This document shows positions 24,728 to 38,979 of a stretch of 64,000 nucleotides of DNA, one piece after another. Origin of the DNA: Mytilus edulis (taxonomy: Eukaryota); assembly GCF_963676685.1 (NCBI RefSeq), contig NC_092353.1, forward strand, positions 59,644,001 through 59,708,000. Direction: 5' to 3'. Position 1 is the first letter of the stretch; each line of letters begins with the position of its first letter. The notes under the pieces are model-generated. The model did not search any database, had not been told where the DNA came from, and saw only the letters and a program-made list of their open reading frames with translations. The translations under genes were made by a program, and so were the position numbers.

Positions 24728-26689
24728 ACTTGTTTACAATTAGTTTAATATACTGCACATTGGTTTCACATTAAATTTGTTCCAATCTATACACCTTGTA
24801 TAATTACCTGTACATAACGTGTTTTCACACTTGTAAACTCGATGTCATTTAAATGTTCATTACGTAGAACAGAATGCAAACTTTTCGGACAACTATGGTA
24901 GCAGTAAGGGAACGACCATTTCACTTTAAATCGGAAAGGGGGGGGGGGTTATTCTAAACCCCAATTGGAAAATAATCTGATTCTACAGATGCAGGATAAA
25001 AAAAATTCTGAATCAAGAGTTTCCCCATACATTATAGTGTTAAATGTTGGAAAAAAAATACATATCAGCATCGAAAAAAAAACGGAATAAAACGTTTGCG
25101 CGGAAAAACTTCTGACTCAGATAAGTAAACAAAATACTCTCCTCCCCCTTTTTGAAGTTAAGTGGTTGCTTCTTTATGGAAGCAATTTTGATGATTTGCA
25201 GTAGTTTAAATATACTAAAGATGTCTGGATTAAGCATTAGAAAAACGTAGGCTGCAGCAGTGTGCTTACAGACGAAGAAGAAGGATATATTAGGGATGAC
25301 ATTATTTCTATCTTTTTTGTTTATTCAAGTGGTATTTCTTCTCCAATGAGTATTCGGCAAGGGGAGGGGGTAATTTTTTTTTACTTTTAGGTGTAATTTA
25401 ACGCATCCGAGATAAATACTAGACAAATAATACATTTACCTCACACTTTTTAAGTAATGCATTTATGAGTGAATCGTTGTTTGATTAAAGACCAGTGGCA
25501 AATATTTCTATGTAAGTCAAGTTGATTCGGGAAGATGTGAACGTGGAAAAAGTCGGACCAATGTATTTCTTATTTCGGACATCTAGACTTGTTTCTTATA
25601 TTATTCAAATACATGTATTTCTACAAAGAACTTTATTAATAACTGTTATAAATATCAATTTTATTCAAACATCGTTTCTTTCTTAAATATACACGGTGAA
25701 ACTAATGTTTTAAATGCCTAGTTTTGTGTACTTAATCTACACAAGGCATACATCGAGTATCGACTGCATGTACACAAAACATGATTTACACTACATGTAA
25801 ACATTGAGTTTTATCAATGAGAACGTAATTTTGTTTAGCTTACGTGTAAGTTACACTTACACAACACCGAGTTTAGGTCAATGTGAACACGGCCTTACTT
25901 TCATTCTTTAATTTCAAGTATTTGATATTTGTTTCATTCTTATTCTTAATAGACATTTATCACAAATGATAATTTCGATCCCAAATGCATAACCGGAAAA
26001 AGGTAGCATACAGTTGTCGCTTGGTCATTTCTCACATGCTTACTTGTGGTAAATTGAGATTAGCTGATTAAAATAAAACTTATATATATGGAACCTGTTA
26101 AAAGGCAAATCTCAATTTTAAGGTCAGTATTGCTTAAAGTAAAATTTGTCAAATGCTTTACAGATGGTAACTTCAGTTTCTCTGGAAAGTGGAAACGAAA
26201 CTTATAGGAATGGAAAATAGGAAAGGAAAAATTCCTTATCAATTTAATGGTTAGATTTCAGGTATACTTAAAATGATAATTTTGGAAATAAACTTGTTTC
26301 TTGAAAAGTTGTTGTCCTACAGGTGGGTTTGCATTGGTCAGTGGAATTCATGTCAACATTTTTTATTTGGATTTATTGTCCTAAATAAAGTAAGTATATA
26401 TACCAGGATAAAAGAAGTTGTTTTCTGTATCTAGAAAATTCGCCGTTCTAACATTTACCTCATGTTTTGTAATATTTCCAAAAGTGTACATGAACTAAAA
26501 GGTAGTACACTACAAAAAAAATCAGACAATGACGTAACGTGGTATATAAACAATGAAATTACCCTTAGTTCTTTAGATTCTGAAAAGGCGAAGTGGTTAA
26601 CAATTCAGTTTACTGAATACTAGACTCCATGCTAATCAGTGTTAAGGTGAAGATTCTAATATGGATTGTAAAACACCCCTACAAAAAAC

Positions 26690-26962
26690 TAGGGGTGATC
26701 TCAGGTGCTCCGGAAGGGTAAGCAGATCCTGCTCTACATGCGGCACCCGTCGTGTTGCTTATGTGATAACAAATCCGGTAAATAGTCTAATTCGGTAGGT
26801 CACATTCATGAAAGGGAAGGGGATTGTAGTTACGACGTAAGGAACATATCCGATATCATTTGTGAAACGGTTATTCCATAACGGTCAACCAACTCGTGAT
26901 TGCGTCCGTAAAATTTACGAAGGGATGATTTCAACTTCACCCTTTGGAACTCTTGGTTTAAT
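26690..26962 (-). mobile_element. 3' fragment of Naiad family 2
   Basis: Reverse-complement match to ~10365-10640. Confidence 0.85.
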
Positions 26963-28644
26963 AAAGCAATCATAGTACAAATGTTATATTATCCATCCTG
27001 CCTCCAATGAGAGATTTTCTCTCTATATTAAACAACCATTGGTGGTCTTTTGCTGTTTGAACGGGTTGTTATCTTTTCAATACATTCCCCATTTCCATTC
27101 TCAATTTTAGGCAGTTATTAACTTGATGTTACATGACAGACCATGAATGGCACTTGATTTTCTCTTACTAAATTGGCGGTGCAGAAAGCAACTGTTGAAA
27201 GTGACAATTTTCGTCTTCTTTTATTCATATGCAATGAGGAAACAGTCATCCTACGTTTTTGTCTAAACATGTGAATACACAAATATGTCACAACAACTGA
27301 ACGATACAGATAATCAAAATAAATCTAGACACGGGTTTATGCACTTACCCCATGAAAAATTGATGCAAGTCTTTAAATTTCTATATTTGTACACCGCATA
27401 TATCTCAAAATACGCGTATTTCAATTTTCTCAATATTTTTTTTTAAATTATATACAAGCCGTAACTAATATAGACAAAATTAAGTAATAATTGTGGAAGT
27501 CTGTGTAAATTTAAGATACATCAACCGCTGGTATAGGTACAGCATACCACTGTAGATTACAGTTAATGCACTTCTGGTTTTAGATAAATGGTTTAAATAC
27601 AGACGCCAAATTACTATAGACATAACATCTTCTGAGCCGCAAGTAATATAATTATATGTTTTTATTTTTTTGGTTAAAACACCTGATACACTATCCCCAG
27701 GTCTAAATACACAAACAATCAATCTAATTCATTTTAAAAAAAATGTTAAAATGAGATTTATATTTATTGTAATCCAATTCGAATAATGCCTAAACAAATG
27801 TTTACATCAAGTTTAAATAATTACATGAAAAATATGTAATGAAGTAGATTTTATTTTACAATTTTCAGTTTAAATGATTTAAATTTTGATATATGATGTA
27901 AACAGATATGAATATATTTAAAACGCAGTATCCAAAAAAAAACAGTGAGTATTTATGTTCATTGTTTCCATGTTTTTCTTTCTCCGGATCAGTTAAGGTT
28001 AATGGTCTTAGTGCAAATGTTAACAATTATTATGCGAGATAAAAATGAACAAAGAAATATGCTCATCAACATATTTTATTTGGTTATTAGTGGCATAAAT
28101 ATTTGATGTAACCATACTGGTCTTAATCTGTCAGTATTAAGTATAAACCGTACCAGAAAGTCATCAACAAATACACATGCTAGAGGACATCCCAACAAGA
28201 AAGATATAAGTTTTACACGTAACCGTAGTCTACATTAATATAATACATCAAGGCAAGAAAAGGGATATCATTTTAAGTATGATTCAAAGTTTTAAATTGC
28301 ATCAGCTATTAAATAAATGTAAACTGCGTTTAATCAGATTAGCATATCTAAGTAATATCATACATAAACGTATACAAAAATTATCCAAGTTACAAAAATT
28401 TCAAAAACGAACAATTTACACACAAGGACTCGATAGAATATATTAGTATTTCGTGTTTATACTAACAAAGATGCCAACTTATCAACCTTTGAGATGACAT
28501 CCTAAGAATTTCTGAGATGTTTGAGTCGATAAAAAAAAATTTACACATAAATTTACAGAAAATCATGTTCAATTGTATAATGGTGATTTCTTAAGGTATG
28601 GTAACATTCACTTGTTTGCATGAATATCCTTTTTTTATTTTTAG

Positions 28645-29070
28645 GTTCTTAACCACTTTTATATTATTGCTCATAATTCATCAACTTAATACAGGAGTTG
28701 TGAGTGGCTTGCATGTCTGTCCTAGATTTTGTGAGTGCAATGATCTGGACGATTTAGGATCACTTTCAATCACTTGTTCAATACCAACAATTAACAATCT
28801 TGATTTTTCGAAATTTGAGACTAACGGGACTAGTGTACTAACCCTGTATTGTCTTTTTTTCACGGCGTTCTTATTTAGAAGATAAAATGTTTCAACATCT
28901 GCATTCTTTTTCGACAATCGCTATACGGTATTATAAATTTAACTTTATTACGAAACACATCCTTTATGGATTATATAAACTAGATCATTTAAATATCGAC
29001 GGAGCGACAGATCTTTCAATTCATGAACATTCAATTATGAACACGCCAAACTTGCACACACTGGTATTTT
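28645..29070 (+). pseudogene. TLR 5' fragment (signal peptide, LRRNT, first LRRs), frameshifted and truncated
   Basis: FLTTFILLLIIH...CPRFCEC; colinear with 51256-51685; TTTTAG acceptor-like site at 28644. Confidence 0.85.
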
Positions 29071-29149
29071 AACTGGTCGTTTTGGAATTTTGGAACCTCA
29101 ATGCTCTTCAACTTTGTACTAGTTTGGCTTTATAAATATTTTGATATGA

Positions 29150-29193
29150 GCGTCACTGATGAGTCTTATGTAGACGAAACGCACGTCTGGCGT
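29150..29193 (+). ncRNA. Minimal type I hammerhead ribozyme (family A) within an insertion at ~29075-29228
   Basis: GCGTCA-CTGATGA-GTCTtatgtAGAC-GAAA-CGCACG-TC-TGGCGT. Confidence 0.88.
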
Positions 29194-29234
29194 ACTACAT
29201 TATAATCCTGGTACCTTTGATAACTATAAGTAAA

Positions 29235-29352
29235 CACGTTCGCACTAGGTATTTGCATTAAAGAATATACCTTTTAATGACGTTCGCACTAAGTATGTGC
29301 ATTGAGGAATACCTTTTCATGACACTCGCACTAGGTATGTGCATTGAGGAAT
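29235..29352. repeat. ~42-bp tandem repeat x3 (paralog at 62385-62508)
   Basis: TTTTCATGACGTTCGCACTAGGTATGTGCATTGAGGAATACC units. Confidence 0.85.
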
Positions 29353-31664
29353 AAGGAGTGCTGCACCAAATGCTCTTACAATTTTAGGTGATTTTGATGC
29401 GATTTTTTCTAATTTAGAAACTTATACAAAAAGTACTTATATAATCAAAACCAAACAACGAACGGTTGCGCGTACAGGAGATGCATGCATTGTTGAAGGC
29501 CGTGTGGTGACCTATAGTTGTTAATGTCTGTGTCATTTTGGTCTTTTGTGGATAGTTGTCTCATTGGCAATCATACCACATCTTCTTTTTTATAATATTT
29601 TTACTGCAAAGGATTTACAACTGATTGAGAAAAGGTGAAATGAACAAGTGAAAAGTAAAATTACAAAAATACCGAACGCCGAAGAAAATTCAAAACGGAC
29701 AGTCCTTTATCAAATGGCAAAATCAAATTCACATCAAACTTTTTAATATTCCTGACTTTGTATAGTAATTATTCTGTCTAATTTTCATAAAATTGCTGAA
29801 ATATATTATTAAAAGCAACCCTTATACATACATATAAAAATAAAGCAAGCTAAATAATTGTCTATCTACAAGATTTCAAAATAGAGATTTACTTTTTTTT
29901 AAATAATCATTAAATGATAACAGTCCATCATTAACTAAAATCCCCTTATAAATGATGTTCTATTTATAATTCATTTGTTCACATTGCAACAATGGAAAAT
30001 CCCTAATGTATATATTCTTTAGTTTCGTGTTTTGTTTTCTTAACGCTTTCTTTCTTGGGTTCAATGGTAATGGTCAATAAATATTCGATTAAATTTCTCT
30101 CTAAGGACTTAGAAAAGCAATAAAACCGTAAACTCGTAAGCTATCGCGTTTCTGAGTTGTCTGGGGCTAAATATATCGTTTGAACGCCGAATACAGCATT
30201 TAGCGTTGATATGGTAATACTTCTAACTGTTGATAAATGAGTCGAAATCAATTGGTTTCTGTCAAATCAAGAAAATCAAGAACAACCAGAGTTATTCTCC
30301 AAATTAGTCTAAGAGTATAAATATTCGTTTTATTTTCAACAAATGTTGATATGAATAAAAGAAGCAGATCGTATATATCAATGATAAAATAATCCAACAA
30401 CACAAGCAAAAACTTAAAGGACATCTAAAGGTCAAAATGTGATTTGAAAAATATGTATCTTGTATCATATATCTTGACTATATGCGAAACAATGATACAC
30501 TCATGGAAAATTATAATAAAAAAAGTTTATCAAATTCATTAAATAATGAATGAAAAATTATTAATGGCTTCATTATTTGTTTTACATTAATAAATGATTA
30601 AAAACTATTAATGGCTTCTTATTTTGTTTTTTCACAATAATGAATGATTAACAAATATGCGTGGCTTCATATTTTGTTGATCATCAATGTCTCAAATGTC
30701 AAAATGAATTTACAAGTTGTTAATGTCTCAAATATCTCATAGTGCTAGAACAGCTGTTGTGTTCACTCTCATTTTCCATGATCAAAAATTAATCGTTGCA
30801 TTGAAGACCTGTTGGTGACCTTCTGCTGTTGTCTGCTCTATGGTCGGGTTGTTGTCTCTTTGACACATTCCCCATATTCATTCTCAATTTTATTTATTGT
30901 TTGCATTTCTCTTTTAAAAATTCATGAAATTATAATGATTAGGTCCGGCAACACATTGAATCTAATAATTATTAGGACATAAGCTTATCTTAATGGTACA
31001 TAAAATAAAATTTTATTAAATAGTAATATTTTTTTTGTTTTTTCAATCTATTTCTATTTTTTAATTCGACTCTCCGTATATAGTTGTTCGTCTCTCGACG
31101 TATACGATACGAACATAAGCAAGTCAAATGCATTTTGGTCTTTATTCACCACCCGTCTTACCATTTCGAAGTCTACGAAAGTCGTTTTGTCATTTCGAGT
31201 GTTTTTATGTTTTTAAGCCTGTTTATAGCAATTCATTCCATCAGTTTAGACGTACAGAAAACAATTATAAACAAACGAATGCATTTGTAAAATATATATT
31301 TGTATCAAGTCTCAAAACAGATCTTGCCTGAATTATAAAAAAAAATCTTTCTCAGAATCTAGCTTGTAAACACTAACAGTGTTGACAGTATTGATTTACA
31401 TTTCTTGAATGATGCTAAAATCATTACTACACGGAAGTGGTGTAAAAACAAATTACAAAATGCTTTTAACAGTACGTCTTGGGTATCAGAAATTCACAGA
31501 TTTAGGTGACAAGTTAATGAAAGAAGTCTATTTGTAAAGAGGTAAGAAGAACATATCAGATGTAACTACAATTGTTTACAAAACATGGCTTTTTTCTCAA
31601 ATTTTCATTTTAAGAACTTGATATTCAATATGTCATTTCTCTTAACCCCTTAAAGTTCTATTAC

Positions 31665-31895
31665 AGAATCGAACTACTGTATCATTAGCCTGTCAACACT
31701 TAGGTTGTGACTTACAGTCCAGAACATCGCAGGACGCTTGAATCAATCTTAGTTGACTATGATTGTCAGTATTCCTACTGCAGGTCGGAGGTTCTCTCCA
31801 GGCACACCGATTTTTTCCATTAATGAAAACTGACCGTCACAAAATAGCTTAATAGTGCTGACAATTGCCTTGGAGACTAACCAAACAATCAATCA
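31665..31895 (+). mobile_element. SINE-like interspersed repeat (second copy ~61485-61663)
   Basis: Shared body and AATC-repeat tail. Confidence 0.5.
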
Positions 31896-34800
31896 CTATT
31901 TATGAAAATAATGAGCTGTGGTATAATCATCAGAGTTAAATTGCAATTATATTTTTTTCGAAATATATATTTGATTTATAAAAAATGTCATAAATGACCA
32001 TTATGACGCTCAATTCCATTCATCAGTAAAAAAAACATCATTAATTTATCCTTTCCAGACCCCCCAAAATTGTACCTGTTTAATGAGTTTTTGAACCATC
32101 CCATGTTATACCGTCTATGCCTATTTAACTTTACTTTTTCAAGGTACAATGTGTGTTACATCAACATGTTGCCGTCGCGATATTGATGAAATGTTTGCCA
32201 CTGGACGTTAACCACTAATGCATTCATACTGTACATCAATGTTTTCTATGCATGAAAAATATATGTTATGATAATAGAACTTTGTAAAGCTATATTAAAT
32301 GTGCTTTACGTTTCTTCTATCTTCTATATTAAAGTCTATTTTGTAAATGTATCCGCTTTGTCAAAGATTTATATATTAGAATAAAACATACTTCATTTGT
32401 AAACGCAATAAATCCACTTCATTAACTAAAGTTTGGTAGCAAGTAAAGAGGAATATTAGCTATATGTTTTACAGGAGATTCTAATGAAGAAATTGTATAG
32501 TTCTATATGAACCCTGGGGATTATAAGATAAAACATGATGTCACTAATCATACTTTCTTGTATTAGGAATATCAAGTCAAAAAAATCTAACCCCAAATTA
32601 TAAATTAAGAATAGAGAATAAGGGTAAAAATAAATCAGAAACAGAAATTGTTAAGGAATACAGAATTGATGGACCCCCATCCAGATCCCCACAAACTACA
32701 TGTTAGTCATTTTGAATTAGTCAAAGAGATGTTAATCAATCTGCATATTTATTTTCAGAAGGTTTTTTTTTAAGACTGCTGCAAACTCTTTTAACTGAAT
32801 ATGATATTTCGAATGGATCATTTATTTAATTTTCACATGTTCACAGCAGCTGTACCTATTTTTAAAAAAGGACTATACTGGTTCGTTGACCATCATCTGC
32901 TGACTTTAGACTCCGATAGAATAAAGGTGTGGTATATACATGCTAATGAGACATACCATCGTTCCAATCCTTGTTACAATGTGTAAAAAGTAAATAATTA
33001 TAGGTCAAAGTACAGTCTTCGACACAGAGCCTTGGCTCATACCGAATAGCAAGCGAGGGCCCCAAAAATGACAAGTGTAAAACCATTCAAACGGGAAAAT
33101 CAACGGTCTAATCTATATATAAAAAAAAACGAGAAACGAAAAACGCTTATGAACCACATCAACAAATGACAACCACTGAAACAGTTTCCTGATTAGGACA
33201 AGTGAAAAAAAAGCAGCGGGTTTAAACGTTTTTACAGGTGCCATCATTCATCCTTACCTAAAGCAGTAGTGTAGCATTGAAACATTGAAAGAATCAGATA
33301 CCCGTATGTTACGAGGGAGGAAACAAGCCTGAGAAAAGCATAAAACAATACAATACTGTCAAAGGTCAACTTTGCCTGAGGTTGTTGCAACCTTAGTTTT
33401 TTAACAATAACAAAACTATAGTAACTGGTGAACGTTGTGAAAACTTTGCCTGTCGCTACTTGTAAACATTTACTTGGTTATAAAATATGAAGATATGAAA
33501 TGGTCCATTCAACTTATAGTTATATAAGTCAATTATTACTACAAACAAAAACTAAAACAGTTCTACACGAATTCAAAATAAGATAAAATAACAATAAAAA
33601 AATAAATCAAAATATTAAATAAGAGATACAACAATTACAAAATGACTGATCAAAAACATAAACGTCATATTGGTAAAAAGAATTAATGGCCACACTCATT
33701 TTCATAGCTTTGGTTCGAATATTTTCTTAAATTTAAACAAGTTCGCTTTTTTGTTTGTTTTTACATTTCTTATTTTTAATATGTACTCTTGTCCGAGGTT
33801 ATTCCTAGTTGAATAAAGAATGAAGTCATTAGCAGAATGTAACCTCTGTCTCTTTTTTTGCATTTGACTCTAACTAACCTACATATCTATATGCATTTTT
33901 TGTTGTCTTCACAATTATTGAACAGGTTAAACTTTTTTCGATTGAACTGAGGCCACTATTTATATCTTCATTTTTTCTACAATCAAAGAGAATGAAAATA
34001 TTGACCCAAGCTAACCAAATAATATAGTTCAGCCTCTTTCAACACCATGAACATAATCCTTTAAGACATAATAAGCTTTAACTAATGTGTACAATTTTTC
34101 ACTGCGTATCGCTATAAATAACAGAGATCCTACTAATCAGAGAGATCCTGACCGTACATATAATGGATTATATCCTGAGATCCAATAAAGGCAATCAAGT
34201 GTTGTCACAAAGTAATATTGTATCGATATTCTGTACATGTTGTCTTATAGAAGAAAATAGATCAGACTAAAGTATATTAAGTGAGAAGATTAGTCGAAAC
34301 TGTTTTTGTATATTTTCAGATACAAGTATCCTTTTATTGTAAAATTTGAAAGCGTGTCCAAATATTTTACGGAGATGAAAACAAACTGGAAGTATAAATA
34401 TTTCATTGTTAAAGTCGTTACTTTTTATTTTTATTAAGAACATCAATAATTTAAATTCATACATCAACTTGTTCATTGTAATTCATAAACTGCTTTTTAT
34501 TTAAGCATTGTTTGCTTCTGTTTACTTCCTATTTTATTGATGTAAAAAAGCATTGACCGAAGAACATTTTGAATGAAGCGTGGAGACGACCTACGCTTTT
34601 ACAAATCTGTAAAATATTAAAAGAAGATTTTTTTATAATTATTTTTATATGATAAAACACTACTTTTTTCTCAGAGCCGTCGGGTTTAGGCGTTCCAGTT
34701 GCATAATCTGTCTTCAGTTGTGGTACAATGTCTTTCATGTTCTACACCACCACAATATAGAAAGTATTGATATTTGAATCGGCATACCAAAACTTTTCTT

Positions 34801-35650
34801 TAACAAATTAAATTTCGCAAACTATTTAGAAAATAGGATATGGGTCAACATTTTTAATTAATTCTACATAGGCGGTAATGGTAACGTTTTCCTCCGTTGC
34901 TCAGTCCATATCGTTTACTGGAACATGTGTGATGGCTCATATCGAAGCTGATACATTTATACATGTCTGGTTAAATTTTCGGGGTGGCAAGTGAGATCAC
35001 TTTTTTCGCAAATTGCTGGACCCCGGAAGATGGTGAAAAATGTCACTCTCCACATGAAATAATCCCAAAATTTTCATCATAAAACTCAATAAAAAAATTG
35101 TCCTTTCTAATAATTTATTTCAGGTCAAATCTACATATTTCTTTTCTCATCACATCAGCTCTATAAAACAGTTCATTTATGTCCATTTTTAAAATCACAG
35201 CATCCACAATTGTATGGCGGACTAATATTGTTTTTTAATTACGTCATCTGAGTTCCTCATCGCAAGGTCTATTAGGTATCCTGACCCATATGGAACGTTT
35301 CGTCACTTTTTTAATGTCGAGTCTTAATGCGTCTCTGCCATCGTATATATAATTTACGTAACCAGATAACAGGGGTGCCATTTTGTTCACAAAAAAATAT
35401 ATATTTGATTTTTACCGCTATCGTTCATTATGAGTTTGACTGTCCCTCAGGTGTCTTTCGGCCCTCTTTTATGTCCATTGATATACCATCCCGTTTATAA
35501 ATTTGAAATTATAAAGAAACTAATGTTTCAACTCCATCAGACAAAGTTGGCCTTTGAAGGATTTAGCTATTATTTGATGTCATTTTTGTTTATATAGCTC
35601 TTCGTCTGTTTCGATTTATACATCATTGGCTTTCAAATATTCGGCTTCGG

Positions 35651-35694
35651 GCGTTCTTGATGAAGGTAAATCCAGAAAAAAATGCTTCGGACGC
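35651..35694 (+). ncRNA. Degenerate hammerhead-like motif (family C)
   Basis: GCGTTC-TTGATGA-AGGTAAATCC-AGAAA...TC-GGACGC; helix I pairs, first core C mutated. Confidence 0.45.
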
Positions 35695-36152
35695 ATTAAT
35701 GTATAAAGTGTGGTTTTAAATTTTTGATCAAATTGATATACTTCTTTTGTTGATATTTTTATAATTATAATAAAATGAATGTAAAACACAGACAGTACTC
35801 ATTTACTTTTTCTCTTCAATGTGCTGATAACAATAAAAAAAAATTGTTTAAATTTAGCAGTTACTTAGTATAAAGAAGGATTAACAATGTAGAACTATAT
35901 TCTAATTAAACTACATTTTACATTTACTTTCGGATACTGCATCATTGAATTCTTTTTTTTTCTGATCTCCCCTTTGTCAACAGATTTACTTTCAGTTTAA
36001 TTACGAAATAGGAGTTATTTATATCCTACAGACAGTTCATTTTAGTTCGTTTCAAACATTTAAATCAATTAAAATCAATAATGACATATTTCCATACTGT
36101 AGTCTAGTGTGTATCTATTGACATGTATGCACATTAAACTACACTTCCCGTA

Positions 36153-37772
36153 ATGGCGGATGATACGTTAAAACATGAAGAAAAACAAGAGGTTGGTATA
36201 CATCCGAAACCACTGCGGTGTCGATTTCATGAAACAGAAGTATACACGATTTTCTGCAACGATTGTAACGACTTCATGTGTTTCAAATGCATCGGTCAGT
36301 TACACCAAAAACACGAACTAAGTCAGTTGCAAGATGCCGATGAAGCTATTCGGATAGAAATGTTTGGTTTGTTGCTTGAGAACAAATATGCAGAACACCT
36401 CAGTTCACTGATTGATAAGGTTTTGGATAGAGGGAAAGAGCTTGTACAAGACGAAGAAACTATTACACGTGAAATAAGAACTAGCGTAGACAAAATGAAA
36501 CAAAACATTGATCTTGCAGAGAAACGTTTATTGTCAGAGTTACGTAATGCATTCGAAAGCTATCAAACCTCTTTACAAGAACAAAAGTCAAACATCAATA
36601 ACTTACAAACTGAAATTGCAAATTTAGACGTTGATAAGGTTCCCGAGTTTAGTTTGAGCCATATCATTAATAGTTTGTCTGAAATGAAGTTATGTTCCTC
36701 TACAAGTGACAAACTCTTAAATCATCCAAAACCGGGGTTTCAACCAAAGATGGAGTTTTCAATTGGAAATTTAATTGAAACGAGAAGTGGAAAACGTGAC
36801 GCTGGTGCATTACCATTGCAATCTTCTTCGAATATATCAACCCAAACAGATTATTTCGAAGATTCGGATACTGAATGGTTTGATGCTGAAGACTTCGAGG
36901 AAGATGATCTGATAGAAAGCTCATCAGATGAAATTACAAATGAATATCCGATAAAGTTTCAAATAAACCCAGATATAAAACTTATTTCGAAAATAGTTCC
37001 AATATCTGAAAAAAACGCTTGGATAATTTCGAACCGGAAGTTGCTTAAAATTGTCGATCATACCCTGCAGGAAGATGTTTACGCAGAGACAGTTGATGAC
37101 ATTGCTATTTTAAAAGATGGTTGTGTCTTGGTTCTCCGTAGGGATAAAACCTTTATCATGAAACTCCTTCCAAATAGAAAACTAGTAAGATTTGCAGACG
37201 TCGGTACCATAAATAATTTTCCATATTGCATTTGCATAAGAGATAATATAGTAGTAATATATCTTTGGTATGTTACAGGAAGTAACCAATATGGTTATGC
37301 ATGTTATACTAGCAGAAACAATATCATTTGGATGAACACAGATGGAATAGTAACTAAGAGCTTACCATTTTCTGAAAGTGGTAGGACGCGACCATGTTCC
37401 ATACAAAATTTAGAATCAGGTTTGTGTGTCTTATATCGTTTAGACATTGAACCTTACTTGCATTCTATAGAGCTTTTAGAGGTAAAATCGGATAAATGTA
37501 ACAAACTTTATGGTTTTAAGGGGATATATGGGATGAATCCAAAGAGGAACTTTGAATGTGGAGGAATGTGCGCCGATAACGCTGGGAACATATTAGTATC
37601 CGATTATCGACACCATAGCGTGTATGTACTTGACAAAGAATTGAAGTACAAAAGCAAATTATACGATTCAAAGAACGAACTTGACAAACCAACGGCCATC
37701 AGTCTTTTGAATGACCATATTTGGGTTGCTGACGGAAATCAGATATTCATTTTCCCGTATGTAAACGAATAA
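36153..37772 (+). CDS. RING-less TRIM-like protein 3: B-box2, coiled coil, NHL-like propeller (539 aa)
   Basis: Open ORF with the same domain motifs as gene 1; ~3 kb of upstream DNA (33100-36150) paralogous to 3700-6390. Confidence 0.9.
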   Translation: MADDTLKHEEKQEVGIHPKPLRCRFHETEVYTIFCNDCNDFMCFKCIGQLHQKHELSQLQDADEAIRIEMFGLLLENKYAEHLSSLIDKVLDRGKELVQDEETITREIRTSVDKMKQNIDLAEKRLLSELRNAFESYQTSLQEQKSNINNLQTEIANLDVDKVPEFSLSHIINSLSEMKLCSSTSDKLLNHPKPGFQPKMEFSIGNLIETRSGKRDAGALPLQSSSNISTQTDYFEDSDTEWFDAEDFEEDDLIESSSDEITNEYPIKFQINPDIKLISKIVPISEKNAWIISNRKLLKIVDHTLQEDVYAETVDDIAILKDGCVLVLRRDKTFIMKLLPNRKLVRFADVGTINNFPYCICIRDNIVVIYLWYVTGSNQYGYACYTSRNNIIWMNTDGIVTKSLPFSESGRTRPCSIQNLESGLCVLYRLDIEPYLHSIELLEVKSDKCNKLYGFKGIYGMNPKRNFECGGMCADNAGNILVSDYRHHSVYVLDKELKYKSKLYDSKNELDKPTAISLLNDHIWVADGNQIFIFPYVNE

Positions 37773-38221
37773 AGTCATTAAAAATTAGCATGTCTGATAA
37801 TATCTTAGATTAAAGACAACTAAGCCTACAATATATTTCTCATTTTGTTAATGCGACGAATGTTTTTACCTATTATCATTTAAAATGCGTAATGAGACTT
37901 TGTATACATGAAGGCATATTATATAAATAGTAAGATAGTTACCTCGATAAAACGTTTGCATCTTGAACAACTACATTGATACTGGTTTTATTTTATGGAT
38001 TTTAATTGTTGAATCATATAAACCTTTGCTTTGAGCATACCACAAGATCGTCCATGAAGTGTTCACATATATCTTTGACTACGATTAAGGTTTTAAATCC
38101 AAGGACATGAAACTTGAAGGACATGGACGTCATCACTCATCGTAAAAAGTAAAATAAGAAACATATAGTACTCTTAGGGAAATTCAAATCTTAAAGTCTT
38201 TTAAGAATGGCAACAAGTTAA

Positions 38222-38494
38222 GGTGGTACCTAACACTACAGGGAGATAACTCTGTAAAGTCAGCTTAACGTTTTAATCACGTTGTGTTGTAAAGTGAATA
38301 TTAAGCTTATCAATGATCAAAATTAGTGTTTGTCAAACTGCTATATAACCAGTGTAATTTTTCTGATAAAATGGTTGGTTCAAATTTTTTGATTTTTTTA
38401 TATTTTTGTCAAAGGGTCAAAGTAAACACTTTATCAAAATTTTATGAAAATTAAACGAGCCAAATTAATTTAAGTGAAGGTGTTGGGTACCACC
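38222..38494. mobile_element. 273-bp MITE with TTAA TSD (Kolobok-like)
   Basis: TTAA-GGTGGTACCTAACAC ... GTGTTGGGTACCACC-TTAA. Confidence 0.85.
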
Positions 38495-38979
38495 TTAAGA
38501 ATGACAACAGATAAACGAATTGATTACAACTATCATATTCCTGACTTGATACAGGCATTTTATTATGTAGACTATGGTGGACTGAACCTGGTTCTATGAC
38601 TCCCTGAACCTCTCACCTGTATTACAGTCACATATAATTCCACTATATTGACACCAATATGTAAGCAAAACAAACAAACATAAAAGGTAAAAGAGTTAAA
38701 TATTGGTGTACAACATTGTTTTATAACTTAATGATTTAATCACTTTAAACAAAACTAACTTGTTCAACAAAGAACACTGAGTAGCATATAGAAAAAGTAC
38801 ATTAGAAAAAAATGAAGTATCAAAATTGACCATACTTGTAGCACAATAATACAATGACGCCCAAGTCATACGTTTATCATCAAAAATTAATGAACAGAAA
38901 GGTAATAAAATATACCAGGACAAAAAAGGCAACTTCATCGCGTAACTAAGATGATAAGTATTATTAGTGCCTAGAATCT

